A stretch of DNA of 27,313 nt, taken from positions 1-27,313 of the forward strand of contig JBHHYO010000037.1 of assembly GCA_046757665.1 (NCBI GenBank). Reading direction: 5' to 3'. The translations under genes and the position numbers were made by a program. The stretch comes from Nitrospinales bacterium. GTDB taxonomy: Bacteria > Nitrospinota > Nitrospinia > Nitrospinales > JAJDAT01. The notes beneath the pieces are model-generated. The model made no database searches. It was given only the letters and a program-made list of their open reading frames with translations, and was not told the DNA's origin. Positions within the stretch are counted from its first letter, which is position 1; each line of letters opens with the position of its first letter. Below are positions 1-9,496 of this stretch, one piece after another.

Positions 1-92
1 AAATTAGCTGATTTTCCCGGGGCCGCCGGCCCTTCGGCGCCAACCCGCCCGTCATCTCTGCAACTTGAAATTATTGGCTGTCGGCAAAAAAA

Positions 93-101
93 TGGTATGA
101 T
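93..101 (+). promoter_or_regulatory. Possible extended -10 sigma-70 promoter element for the histidine kinase gene
   Basis: TGgTATGAT at 93-101, with a weak -35 (TTGGCT, 74-79) 16 bp upstream of the hexamer. Confidence 0.3.
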
Positions 102-173
102 GCCACTTCGCGCACAATGTTGCATGGTGCGCCAAACCTGCGTTCACGTTATCCCATCTCAGGTATTTACAAC

Positions 174-1772
174 ATGAAATTCAAGGAATCCAAAGCGTTG
201 ATCGACCTGCTGGTCGATCACCTGCCCGTTCTGGTCGCCTATGTGGACTCGGAACAGCGTTATCGTTTTAACAACAAAAAATATGAAGAGTGGTTCGGCG
301 TGCCACGGGAGGAAATCTATGGGCAACACATCAGGGATTTTTTGGGCGAGCCGACCTATAAGGCCATTCAAAAGAATGTTGAAGCGGCGTTATCCGGGAA
401 AAAGGTGCATCGCGAATTTTTCTCCCCTTACAAAAGAGGCGGCGGCCGATACATCCACATGTCTTTCGTGCCTCACCGAGCCGGCGACGGGAAAGTCGTG
501 GGCTTTTTCGTGACGGTCGAGGATATCACCACTCGCAAGCGAAACGAGGCGGAGCTGGAAAAATACCGGCATCATCTCGAGGCAATGATCAAGGAACACA
601 CCGCAAAATTTTTAAACTCGCAGACGGCCCTGCGGCATGAAATCGCCATACGCAAGCGGACGGAACAGTCGCTTCATAAAAAAGAACTGACGCTTCGTTC
701 GATTGTCGAAAACATGCGGGACGCGCTGATCATGATCGACGATACGGCGGCGATTCAAATGTTCAACCCGGGTGCGGAGCAAATATTCGGTTATTCGGCC
801 GCCGAGGTGATGGGGAAAAATGTCGATATCCTGATCCCGGAATCCCACAAAAGCCGGCATGAAGTCGGGTTTAAAAACTATGCGAAGTCCGGCAAAAGAA
901 CAATCGAGGTTTGGCGGTCGATCGAGGTTCCCGGAAAGAAAAAAGACGGGACCATCGTTCCCATGGAATTGTCCATCAGCGAAATGGAACTGGACAAAAA
1001 AAAATATTTTATCGGAACGTTTCGGGACATTACGAGCCGCAAACAGGTCGAGGAGAAGTTACAGCGTTATTCCCTGGAGCTGGAACGCAGTAACCAGGCG
1101 TTGAACGATTTTGCCGCCATCGCCTCGCACGACCTTCAGGAACCCCTGCGCAAGGTGACGCTTTTCTCCGACCGGTTGAAGGAGAAATACGCGGACGCGC
1201 TGGGTGACTCGGGAAAAGATTATATCGAGCGCATGCAAAGGGCCGTGGAACGGATGCGTTGTTTTATTGAAGACTTGCTGAATTATTCGCGGATCACTAC
1301 CCGGGCGCAACCTTTCAAGCCCGTTGATCTGGGAAAAATCACCCGCGAGGCGCTTGTGGACCTGAAATTGCGTGTTACCGAGTCGGGCGGGCGCGTGGAC
1401 ATCCACCAATTGCCCATTCTGGAAGCGGATAAATTGCAGATGTGCCAACTGTTTCAGAATCTCATAGGCAACGCCTTGAAGTTTCACAGAGAGGGGGCGC
1501 CTCCCGAAATCTCCGTAAACAGCCGGCGGCTGAACAACGGTTTCTGGGAAATTACCGTCGAGGACAATGGGATCGGTTTCGATCCAAAAGACGTCGAACG
1601 AATTTTCAAACCCTTTGAACGGTTGCATGGCCGTAGCGCCTATGAAGGTAGCGGCATGGGATTGAGCATCTGCCAGAAAATCGCCAAACGCCACGGCGGC
1701 GCCATAACCGCCAAAAGCGTTCCACAACAGGGTACGACGATGATCGTCACCCTCCCCGAAAAGCACTCCTGA
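174..1772 (+). CDS. Cytoplasmic PAS-PAS sensor histidine kinase; second PAS is FixL-like
   Basis: Two PAS domains (LPVLVAYVDSEQRYRFNN...VEDIT; MRDALIMIDD...FRDIT), H-box SHDLQEPLRK, N-box QLFQNLIGNALKF, G1 VEDNGIG, G2 GSGMGLSIC. No transmembrane segment. Start is either ATG 174 or ATG 117. Confidence 0.93.
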   Translation: MKFKESKALIDLLVDHLPVLVAYVDSEQRYRFNNKKYEEWFGVPREEIYGQHIRDFLGEPTYKAIQKNVEAALSGKKVHREFFSPYKRGGGRYIHMSFVPHRAGDGKVVGFFVTVEDITTRKRNEAELEKYRHHLEAMIKEHTAKFLNSQTALRHEIAIRKRTEQSLHKKELTLRSIVENMRDALIMIDDTAAIQMFNPGAEQIFGYSAAEVMGKNVDILIPESHKSRHEVGFKNYAKSGKRTIEVWRSIEVPGKKKDGTIVPMELSISEMELDKKKYFIGTFRDITSRKQVEEKLQRYSLELERSNQALNDFAAIASHDLQEPLRKVTLFSDRLKEKYADALGDSGKDYIERMQRAVERMRCFIEDLLNYSRITTRAQPFKPVDLGKITREALVDLKLRVTESGGRVDIHQLPILEADKLQMCQLFQNLIGNALKFHREGAPPEISVNSRRLNNGFWEITVEDNGIGFDPKDVERIFKPFERLHGRSAYEGSGMGLSICQKIAKRHGGAITAKSVPQQGTTMIVTLPEKHS

Positions 1773-1819
1773 GCGGAACAGCCTCCGCCGTTTTCTTCTC
1801 CAGGAGGCGTTCGGAGACT

Positions 1820-1886
1820 CTTCGACAAGCTCGAAGTGACAACTGACAGGCTCGAAGTGACACTTGACCCGTTCAGAGTGAAAGGC
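1820..1886. repeat. Three degenerate 21-bp tandem units with a small hairpin, REP-like, between convergent genes
   Basis: Units start at 1824 (gacaagctcgaagtgacaact), 1845 (gacaggctcgaagtgacactt) and 1866 (gacccgttcagagtgaaaggc). Hairpin cttcga-caagc-tcgaag at 1820-1836. Confidence 0.6.
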
Positions 1887-1902
1887 GGCTTAGCGCCGGT
1901 TT

Positions 1903-3300
1903 CTACCTGGGCCGGGCCGGGCCGGTCATTTTTCCCGGCTGGACTTTTTGGTCAAATTCCTCGGCGGTGACCAGCTTCAGCGCCACGGCGGCTTCCTTCA
2001 AAGTGATATTTTCCTGATGGGCTTTTTTGGCGACCTTGGCGGCGTTGTCATAACCGATGTGCGGGTTCAGGGCGGTCACCAGCATCAACGAGTTTTTGAG
2101 GTGATGGTCGATGCGCTCCCGGTTGGCCTCAACGCCGGCCATGCAGTGGTCGTTGAAGGAACGGCAGGAATCGGCAATCAAGCGGATGGACTGCAACAGG
2201 TTGTAAATCATGAGCGGCTTGAACACATTGAGTTCAAAGTTGCCCGATGCGCCGCCGATGTTGACGGCGGTGTCGTTGCCGATCACCTGGGCGGCCGCCA
2301 TGGTCATGGCTTCCGACTGGGTGGGGTTGACTTTTCCCGGCATGATGGAACTGCCGGGTTCGTTGGCGGGCAGGGCCAGTTCGCCGATGCCGCAACGGGG
2401 GCCCGACCCCAGCCAGCGGATGTCGTTGGCGATTTTCATGAGCGAGCAGGCGATGGTTTTTAAAACGCCGCTGGTTTCGACGACGGCGTCGTGGGCGGCG
2501 AGGGCTTCGAATTTGTTGGGCGCGCTGACGAACGGCAGGCCGGTGATGGCGGCGATCTCCGCCGCCACCCGGTCGGGAAAATCGGGATGCGAATTGAGGC
2601 CGGTGCCGACGGCCGTGCCGCCCAGCGCTATCTGCTGTAACCGCGGCAGACAGGTTTGGATGCGCTCCAGAGCGTTCTCCAACTGCGTTTGGTAGCCGCT
2701 GAATTCCTGGCCCAGCGTCAATGGAGTGGCATCCATCAAATGCGTGCGCCCGATTTTGATGATGTCGCCGAAGGCCTCCGCCTTTTCGGCGACGGTGTCG
2801 CGCAGTTTCGTGATCGCCGGGATCAGCCGGGAATGAATTTGCTCGACGGCGGCGATGTGCATGGCCGTGGGAAAGGTGTCGTTCGAGGACTGCCCCTTGT
2901 TCACGTCGTCATTGGGATGGATCGGCGTTTTACTGCCCAGTGTGCCGCCGCTGATTTCTATGGCCCGGTTGGCGATCACCTCGTTGGTGTTCATGTTGGA
3001 CTGGGTGCCGCTACCCGTTTGCCAGACGCGCAGGGGGAAATGGTCGTCGAGCTTGCCCTCGATGACTTCCTCGGCGGCCCGCACGATGAGGTCTTTTTTG
3101 TCGTCCGGCAACAGGCCGAGCCCGGCGTTAACGATGGCCGAGGCTTTTTTCAATATTCCCATGGCGCGGATGATCTCGCGCGGCATGGTCTCCAGTCCGA
3201 TATCGAAATGAATCAGCGACCGCGCCGTTTGCGCGCCGTAATAACAAGTGGCGGGGACTTTGATCTCGCCCATGCTGTCGGTTTCGACCCGGTATTCCAT
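1903..3300 (-). CDS. fumC: Class II fumarate hydratase
   Basis: [10 protein letters not shown]-terminus, [32 protein letters not shown], signature [15 protein letters not shown]; 465 aa. Confidence 0.98.
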   Translation of the reverse strand: MEYRVETDSMGEIKVPATCYYGAQTARSLIHFDIGLETMPREIIRAMGILKKASAIVNAGLGLLPDDKKDLIVRAAEEVIEGKLDDHFPLRVWQTGSGTQSNMNTNEVIANRAIEISGGTLGSKTPIHPNDDVNKGQSSNDTFPTAMHIAAVEQIHSRLIPAITKLRDTVAEKAEAFGDIIKIGRTHLMDATPLTLGQEFSGYQTQLENALERIQTCLPRLQQIALGGTAVGTGLNSHPDFPDRVAAEIAAITGLPFVSAPNKFEALAAHDAVVETSGVLKTIACSLMKIANDIRWLGSGPRCGIGELALPANEPGSSIMPGKVNPTQSEAMTMAAAQVIGNDTAVNIGGASGNFELNVFKPLMIYNLLQSIRLIADSCRSFNDHCMAGVEANRERIDHHLKNSLMLVTALNPHIGYDNAAKVAKKAHQENITLKEAAVALKLVTAEEFDQKVQPGKMTGPARPR

Positions 3301-3371
3301 GGCATTCTCCTTCGGCTGTTGACGGTGAGGTTGGCGGATTGCGCCCGGCTCCTTGGCCGGCGGCGGCCCGG

Positions 3372-4337
3372 TCAGGCGTTAAAATGTTCTGTGGATTCCG
3401 GCATGGTTTGCAGTAGATGCGCCCGGATTTTTTTCATCAGGCGCTGTTCCGCCTGGCGCACCGCTTCTCGCGTGACGTGGTAGTCGTCGCCGATTTCCCG
3501 CAACGACCGCGGCGTTTCGGAGAGAATCCGGTTTTCCAGGATTTCGCGTTCGATCGGCTTGATGCCGTCGGAGAACTCGGCGATGTTTTTTCTGATCCGC
3601 TCGCGGAACTGTTCGGATGCCACCTGCTGTTCCGGATGCTTTCCGTCGGTCAGGAAGTGGGCCGGGGAGAGCGGGCTGTCTTCCGTCACCGGGGTGTCCA
3701 TGGAAACGTCCGCGGCTCCCAGGCCGGCTTGCACGTCGATGACCTCGGACTCCTCGACGCCGAATCGTTCGGCCAGAAGCTTGGGGGTCGGATTGAGCCC
3801 TTCGCGCTCCAGTTTTTCTTTTTCCTTTTGCAGGTTGTAAATCAGCTTGCGGCGGGTATTGGTGGTCCCCACTTTCACCAGCCGCCAGTTGTCGAGGATG
3901 AATTTGAGAATGTAAGCCCGGATCCACCAGGAAGCATAAACGGGCAGGCGGACGCCGCGAAAAGGATCGAAATTTTTTACCGCCTGCATGAGGCCGACGT
4001 TGCCTTCCTGGATCAGGTCCATGAGGTTTTTCCATTCGCGTTTGAAACCCATGGCGATCTTGACCACTAGCAACAGGTTGGCGGTGATCAACTTGTAAGC
4101 CAGGGCGGAGTCGCCCGACTCTTTGTACTGGACGGCCAATTGGCGTTCTTCTTCCTCGCCGAGCCCTTCGTATTTGCGGATTTCATGAAGGTAGGCGCCC
4201 AGCGGATCGACGGGCGTCAGCGCGCGCTCTTCCTTCAAAACCGGGACGTTGCGGTGCTCGTCCGGCTCGTCTTCGGACGGAGGCTCAATGACCGGTTCCA
4301 ACTCGATATCTTGTTCGTCGTCGTATTCTGGGTTCAT
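3372..4337 (-). CDS. rpoH: RNA polymerase sigma factor, sigma-32/RpoH-like
   Basis: Region 2 [19 protein letters not shown] and [10 protein letters not shown]; RpoH-type segment [18 protein letters not shown]; region 4 SLREIG...TREAVRQ; 321 aa with no region 1.1. Confidence 0.8.
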   Translation of the reverse strand: MNPEYDDEQDIELEPVIEPPSEDEPDEHRNVPVLKEERALTPVDPLGAYLHEIRKYEGLGEEEERQLAVQYKESGDSALAYKLITANLLLVVKIAMGFKREWKNLMDLIQEGNVGLMQAVKNFDPFRGVRLPVYASWWIRAYILKFILDNWRLVKVGTTNTRRKLIYNLQKEKEKLEREGLNPTPKLLAERFGVEESEVIDVQAGLGAADVSMDTPVTEDSPLSPAHFLTDGKHPEQQVASEQFRERIRKNIAEFSDGIKPIEREILENRILSETPRSLREIGDDYHVTREAVRQAEQRLMKKIRAHLLQTMPESTEHFNA

Positions 4338-4422
4338 GGGATCGGGACAAAGAATTCCGCGGGCCGCGGCATGTGGGTCAAAATGCGTTGAATTCGTCGT
4401 TTTTTAAATTTAGAATGAGTGA

Positions 4423-4656
4423 ATGATCCGTCTGGTCATTTTCGGCATTTTAATTGTTTTCATCATTTTGCTGATTCGCTCTTATTTTTCCCCTGCCTCC
4501 GAGGATGAGGAAAAGCGCCTGTCAATGGAAATGGTGCAGGACCCGAACTGCGAGACGTACATCCCGAAATCCGAGGCCGTTGTCAGAACCGTGTCAGGCA
4601 AAACCCACTATTTCTGCGGCGAAAAGTGCGCCCGCGAGTTTGAAGAAAAGATATAA
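4423..4656 (+). CDS. Membrane-anchored YHS/TRASH-domain protein
   Basis: N-terminal hydrophobic helix followed by MVQDPNCETYIP...HYFCGEKC. Confidence 0.85.
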   Translation: MIRLVIFGILIVFIILLIRSYFSPASEDEEKRLSMEMVQDPNCETYIPKSEAVVRTVSGKTHYFCGEKCAREFEEKI

Positions 4657-4731
4657 TGTGGCAAGCTCGTGTTTTTATTTTATCATAACTGAACCGGAAA
4701 GTTTTTTAAAAACTAAGGGGAGCATAACCCG

Positions 4732-4964
4732 ATGGGCGCTACAAAGGAATATCGATTCGCAATTATTCTGGAGCCCCGTGAAGAAGGCGGTTACTTTGCC
4801 CAATGTCCTGTTTTCCCGGGGGGTCATGTGGAAGGGGAAACCTACGAAGAAACCATTGCCGAAATGAAAAAACTATCGCCGCCTTTATTGAAGATTATAA
4901 AAAAGACGGGGAAAAGATACCGGACGAGGAATTTACGATAACTTCTTTGAAAGTCGCGGTGTGA
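4732..4964 (+). pseudogene. hicB: HicB-family antitoxin, frameshifted (1 nt missing at the A6 run 4867-4872)
   Basis: IILEPREEGGYFAQCPVFPGGHVEGETYEETIAEMKK continues in the -1 frame as IAAFIEDYKKDGEKIPDEEFTITSLKVAV*. The restored stop (4962-4964) overlaps the hicA GTG. Confidence 0.8.
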
Positions 4965-5207
4965 CATCAAAAAAATTTCCGGCGGTTACCTCGAAGGAGA
5001 TCACCAGGGTTTTGGAATCTATCGGATTTCAATTCCATAGGCAATCCGGAGGCAGTCGCGATTTACAAAAGAATGAACGACAAGCGAAGAACTAACGTCC
5101 CCATGCACTCGGGGAAGATTATTAAGCGCAAGACCTTGAAGGCTATTCTAAAAAGCGCCGGTTTAACAGTTGAAGAATTCCTGAAGTTAAAAAGAAAATC
5201 TCATTGA
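4961..5207 (+). pseudogene. hicA: HicA-family toxin, frameshifted at about 5057 within the GSH motif
   Basis: GTG start gives MTSKKFPAVTSKEITRVLESIGFQFHRQSGGS; the sequence resumes in another frame as AIYKRMNDKRRTNVPMHSGKIIKRKTLKAILKSAGLTVEEFLKLKRKSH*. Confidence 0.8.
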
Positions 5208-5236
5208 CCTGCAACAACAACTTGTGAAGGAAGTTT

Positions 5237-5785
5237 ATGTTAAAAAAATCCGCGGTTTTGTGTCTCGCAGTATTCATGCTCATTTCCGGGCCGATGGCGG
5301 CGGGGGCGCGCGCCGAAACGCAATGCCCGTCTCTGGAAGAACAGCCGATTAAAATCGACGCCTGGATTTCCAGAAAGTTCAAGAAGCAACAGAAAGCCAT
5401 TAAAAAAGAGATGGGCGACATGGAGCACGTCAAGGTCCGGTTGCGGGTTTTTTCCATGGCTTTTCCGGCCAAGGTCATGGCCATCGGCAGATGCGTGCCG
5501 GTGAAGATTGCCCAACACGCCTTGCGGCAGGCCCTGAAATACACGGCGGGGATAAAGGAGCTGGTCAACCAGCAATTGCTCGCTTCTTACTGGATCGGCA
5601 TCGGCACCATGAATTTCGATGAATATTCCCAGCGGCCGGTCAGCGCGGACCAGGTCAACGCTCTGCTGGACGACTCGCTCACCACGGAAGAGTTTCAAAG
5701 CCTTTATCGAAAATTTGCCAAGCAAAAGGAAACGGTAAAAGGCTTCGGCGCGCAGGTTCCCAATCCGCGGAAAATGGGCAACTGA
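5237..5785 (+). CDS. Secreted hypothetical protein, paralog A
   Basis: Sec-type signal peptide (MLKK, hydrophobic core, ARA); collinear similarity to the next ORF. Confidence 0.85.
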   Translation: MLKKSAVLCLAVFMLISGPMAAGARAETQCPSLEEQPIKIDAWISRKFKKQQKAIKKEMGDMEHVKVRLRVFSMAFPAKVMAIGRCVPVKIAQHALRQALKYTAGIKELVNQQLLASYWIGIGTMNFDEYSQRPVSADQVNALLDDSLTTEEFQSLYRKFAKQKETVKGFGAQVPNPRKMGN

Positions 5786-5811
5786 CGGCCGCCGACAAAA
5801 TTTGTTTTATC

Positions 5812-6351
5812 ATGAAACTCCGGCGTTGCATTGTGGCTCTCTTGTTGGCGGCGCTTTTCGGCCCCGCCCCGGTTTTCGCCGCCGCGGAATGCCCGCCCCT
5901 GGAAGAGCATCCGGTCAAGCTCGAGGGGTGGTTGTCCAAAAGGTATGAAGGGCGTTTGCCGGGGCTGGTGAAGGAGTTTGCCGCCATGGGCCATACCCGC
6001 GTGACGCTGTGGGTTTACCCGGCGGAAAATCCGTCCGGGATCGTGGCCATCGGCCGTTGCGTTCCGGTTTACATCGCGCAACATGCCATCCGCGGCGCCC
6101 GGGCGTACACCGCCGGGGTGAACAGCCTGGTGCATCAGAACTTCGTCGGCCCTAACTGGATCGGCGTGGGGACGAACCTGTTCGCCGAACTGGCTCGCCA
6201 GCCGGTGACCGACAAGCAGGTCGAACAGTTGCTGGATGAAAACCTGACGACCCGGGAGTTCCAGACGCTTTACCGCCGGCTCACGATCCAGGATAAAACC
6301 ACCCATTCCTTCGGCATAGACCTGCCCAACCCGAAACTGATGCGCGACTGA
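5812..6351 (+). CDS. Secreted hypothetical protein, paralog B
   Basis: Signal peptide MKLRR...VFA; shares CPxLEE, AIGRCVPV, WIGxGT, LTTxEFQxLYR and PNP with paralog A. Confidence 0.85.
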   Translation: MKLRRCIVALLLAALFGPAPVFAAAECPPLEEHPVKLEGWLSKRYEGRLPGLVKEFAAMGHTRVTLWVYPAENPSGIVAIGRCVPVYIAQHAIRGARAYTAGVNSLVHQNFVGPNWIGVGTNLFAELARQPVTDKQVEQLLDENLTTREFQTLYRRLTIQDKTTHSFGIDLPNPKLMRD

Positions 6352-6371
6352 CGTCGCGCCCTGCACCCTGG

Positions 6372-6794
6372 CTATCGCCTGACGAGCCTGACGGCGTGGG
6401 AGATCGTCTTGTCGTCTTTTTCGTACCAGTAGGGGCAACCGTTGAGGTAGAAGACGATTTGCGCCTCGCGTTCGCCGCGGGTGGTGCTGGTCCACGCGCA
6501 ATTCCCCGCGCCGGGAGGGAAAATCGGGTCGATGTGAATGTCGCCGCCCTTGAAATCCTTGTTGGCCTTCTCCGGGTCGAACAAGGTCAGGGCTTCCTGC
6601 ACGGTGGGCATTCGCCAATCGCCATGCCCGCCGAATTTTTTGCTGTTCATGTCCGCGGCGTATTGCGCGGCTTCGTCCCAACTGACATCCCGGTCCAGGT
6701 CCAGGCGGGAGTCGTTGGCCATCCACGTCAGGGTGGTTTTGGAATCATAAATCAGTCCGTTCGAGTCTTCCATATAGCGTGGTTTTTCTTGCAT
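6372..6794 (-). CDS. DUF1566 / Lcl C-terminal domain protein
   Basis: DxxTxLxW, W.EA..YA..MN...FGG..DWRMPT..E, WTST and terminal AVRLVR motifs. Start chosen from AAGGA spacing; ATG 6800 is an alternative. Confidence 0.8.
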   Translation of the reverse strand: MQEKPRYMEDSNGLIYDSKTTLTWMANDSRLDLDRDVSWDEAAQYAADMNSKKFGGHGDWRMPTVQEALTLFDPEKANKDFKGGDIHIDPIFPPGAGNCAWTSTTRGEREAQIVFYLNGCPYWYEKDDKTISHAVRLVRR

Positions 6795-6907
6795 GGACAT
6801 ATCCTTCCGAAATGGCAAAAAGTTGCCTTGTTAAATGAGAAGCATGATCCGGGTCATTGTGGATTTTATCTCGTAATCGGCTTGCGGACAAGCGGGTGTT
6901 TACCGAT

Positions 6908-7702
6908 TCAGTTCAATTCGTAGAGGTCGGCTCTCCGGTCTTCAAAAATGAGGTTGTGCTCGGTGAGCCGTTTATTTCTTGCTTGCTCGATATCGATTTC
7001 GACGACTTGCACTTCTTCCCGGTCGCGTGAGGCGCGGTAGAGGATGTCTCCGTCCGGGCCGACCACCTGGCTTTGGCCGATGAACTTCAAGGGCCGGCCG
7101 GCGAGGCGCTCCTCGGCGCCCACGCGGTCCGCGGTCACGGCAAAGACCCGGTTTTCCAGGCATCGCGTGATCATGGCCTGGGGGCAGTGCGGCAGAACCA
7201 GGTTGGCGGGGTGCGCGATGATGTCGGCGCCCTTGAGGGCGAGGGTGCGCGCCGTTTCCGGAAACCGCCAGTCGAAACAGATCATGAGGCCGACGCGCGC
7301 CGGGCCGACGTCGAACACCGGCAAGGGCAGGTTGCCGGGCAGGAAACACTGTTTCTCGGTGTCGAACAAATGCGCCTTGCGGTATTTGCCGATATAGCCT
7401 CGCGGACCGACGACGAGGGCGGAGTTGTAAACCGCATCACCGTCCCGCTCGGCAATGCCCGCCACCAAAACGGCATTGACGGACGCGGCAAGAGATTGCA
7501 GACGCTCGCCGGTTGGCCCGCCGGGAACGGGCTCCGCCTGCGCCAGCGCCTCGGCTCGGCCGGTGAACTGGTAGCCCGTCGCAAACAGTTCCGGCAGTAC
7601 CAGCAGGTCCGCCTCGACGCCGCGCAACAGCGCCTCCAGCCGCTCCAGGTTTGCCCCAACCTCTCCAAAGACCGGGCTGTTTTGAACGAATCCGACTTTC
7701 AT
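6908..7702 (-). CDS. Carbon-nitrogen hydrolase (nitrilase superfamily)
   Basis: Catalytic triad E (LPELF), K (YRKAHL), C (ICFDWRFPE). Confidence 0.92.
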   Translation of the reverse strand: MKVGFVQNSPVFGEVGANLERLEALLRGVEADLLVLPELFATGYQFTGRAEALAQAEPVPGGPTGERLQSLAASVNAVLVAGIAERDGDAVYNSALVVGPRGYIGKYRKAHLFDTEKQCFLPGNLPLPVFDVGPARVGLMICFDWRFPETARTLALKGADIIAHPANLVLPHCPQAMITRCLENRVFAVTADRVGAEERLAGRPLKFIGQSQVVGPDGDILYRASRDREEVQVVEIDIEQARNKRLTEHNLIFEDRRADLYELN

Positions 7703-7712
7703 GGACTGTTTT

Positions 7713-8786
7713 TTATTTCGTCAGGCGGGAGTGTTTGTTTCTCATGAGGTGGTCGATCAGGGTCAGCGCCACCATGGCCTCGACGATGGGCACGGCTCTG
7801 GGGGACACGCAGGGGTCGTGGCGGCCCTCGACGCGCACCGTGGTTTTCTTCCCCCGGGTGGTGACGGTTTCCTGTTCGATCAAAATCGACGAGGTCGGTT
7901 TCACCACCAGCCGGAGCACGATGTCCATGCCGTTGGAGATGCCGCCCAGGATGCCGCCGGCGTTGTTGGTTTTGGTGACGATTTTCTTTCCCTTGCAGGT
8001 GAAGCGGTCGTTGCACTGGGAGCCGGACATGGCGGCGGCGGCGAAGCCGACACCGATTTCCACGCCCTTGACGGCGGGGATGCACATCACCGCCTTGGCC
8101 AGGTCGGCGTCCAGCCGGTCGAAAACCGGTTCTCCGAGGCCGGCGGGCACGCCCCGCGCCACGACTTCCAGAATGCCGCCGACGGAATCGCCCTTTTTCC
8201 GCATCTTCATGACGTAGTCGATCATTTTCTGGGCGCGGCGTTTGTCCGGACAGCGGACGATGTTGTTCTCGATTTCGTTGAAGTCGATGGTCTGGGCAAC
8301 GATGGGGCCGATTTGCTTGGTGTAGGCGACGACTTTAATGCGGTACCGGGCCAGCAGTTTTTTGGCGACGGCTCCGGCGGCGACGCGGCCGACCGTTTCC
8401 CGGGCGCTGGAGCGGCCGCCGCCGCGGTGATCCCGGAATCCGTATTTCATCCAGTAGGTGAAATCGGCATGGCCGGGGCGGAACAGGTCCTTGATGGCGT
8501 CGTACTTCGAGGAATCCGCGTCCTCGTTTTCCACCCACAGGGCAATGGGGGTGCCCGTGGTTTTGCCCTGGAACACGCCCGAGAGAATACGCACCCGGTC
8601 GGCCTCCTTGCGGGTGGTGGTGACTTTGCTTTGCCCCGTGCGCCGGCGGTCGAGTTCTTTCTGGATGTCTTTCTCTTTCAGGGGCAGGCCGGCGGGACAA
8701 CCTTCCAGCGCCACGCCGACACCCGGTCCGTGGGACTCGCCCCAGGTGGATATCTTGAACAGTTTTCCGAACGTGTTTCCCGACAT
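7713..8786 (-). CDS. aroC: Chorismate synthase
   Basis: GNTFG, GESHG, RPGHAD, GGGRSSARET, NNAGGILGGISNG and GRHDPC motifs. GTG 8792 is an alternative start. Confidence 0.98.
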   Translation of the reverse strand: MSGNTFGKLFKISTWGESHGPGVGVALEGCPAGLPLKEKDIQKELDRRRTGQSKVTTTRKEADRVRILSGVFQGKTTGTPIALWVENEDADSSKYDAIKDLFRPGHADFTYWMKYGFRDHRGGGRSSARETVGRVAAGAVAKKLLARYRIKVVAYTKQIGPIVAQTIDFNEIENNIVRCPDKRRAQKMIDYVMKMRKKGDSVGGILEVVARGVPAGLGEPVFDRLDADLAKAVMCIPAVKGVEIGVGFAAAAMSGSQCNDRFTCKGKKIVTKTNNAGGILGGISNGMDIVLRLVVKPTSSILIEQETVTTRGKKTTVRVEGRHDPCVSPRAVPIVEAMVALTLIDHLMRNKHSRLTK

Positions 8787-8788
8787 GT

Positions 8789-9496
8789 TCACCGTTTCAT
8801 GCTGATGCGGAACCGGACGATTTGCACCATGGTATCGACAAACTGGCCCAGCGTTTTTGTTGAATCGCCTTTCACCCGGTCTTCAAAAACAATGGGAATT
8901 TCTTTCATCTTAAACCCTTTCAGGTGACAGGCGTACAGGATTTCCTCGACGATGGAGGGGCCGACGGAAACCATGTTCTCGAGGCCGATGGCCTGCAAGA
9001 CTTCCCGCTTGAAACAACGAAAGCCCGAGGTGCAATCCTTTATGGAAAGCCCCATCACGACGCGGATGAACAAGCTGGCGAACTGGGTGATGCCGACGCG
9101 GATGGGGCCGCGTCCGGTTTCCCTGCCGCCCGCCACGGCGCGCGAGCCGATGGCGACGTCGCAGTCCCGCATCGCCTCGACCAGCGCGGGGATGTAGCGC
9201 GGATGGTGCGAGTAGTCCGCATCCATTTCGATGATGAAGTTTGCTCCCAGCTCGACCGCGTACAACATGCCCTCGATGCCGGCGGTGCCCCGCCCCCGTT
9301 TGTTTTTGCGCGTGATCAGGTGAACCCGCGGTTCGTTTTTGCCGATCGCCTCCACCTCCCGGCTGGTACCGTCCGGAGAGTCGTCATCGACGACCACTAC
9401 GCCGAAGGAGGGATCCAGTTCCAGGATATCGTGGATCAGGGCGGCGATGTTGTCCCGCTCGTTGTATGTCGGGATCATGGCGACGGCGTTCAACAT
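8789..9496 (-). CDS. Polyprenol-phosphate glycosyltransferase (GT2, Dpm1/Ppm1-like)
   Basis: IPTYNE, VDDDSPDGT, MDADYSH, GSR, DCTSGFR. ATG 9496 overlaps the upstream TGA (translational coupling). Confidence 0.9.
   Translation of the reverse strand: MLNAVAMIPTYNERDNIAALIHDILELDPSFGVVVVDDDSPDGTSREVEAIGKNEPRVHLITRKNKRGRGTAGIEGMLYAVELGANFIIEMDADYSHHPRYIPALVEAMRDCDVAIGSRAVAGGRETGRGPIRVGITQFASLFIRVVMGLSIKDCTSGFRCFKREVLQAIGLENMVSVGPSIVEEILYACHLKGFKMKEIPIVFEDRVKGDSTKTLGQFVDTMVQIVRFRISMKR

Noticed and set aside
1781-1808. Intrinsic terminator after the kinase (gcctcc/ggaggc)
   Set aside because: Short stem, long loop and no U-tract on either strand
4864-4875. Programmed frameshift in hicB
   Set aside because: Only A6, not an in-frame X XXY YYZ heptamer, and the partner toxin is also broken, so decay or sequencing error is more likely
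7701-8927. 408-aa plus-strand ORF and similar long antisense ORFs (5704-6726, 21608-22810, 22954-24264, 24633-26012)
   Set aside because: Each overlaps a well-supported gene, mostly on the opposite strand, and has no family features
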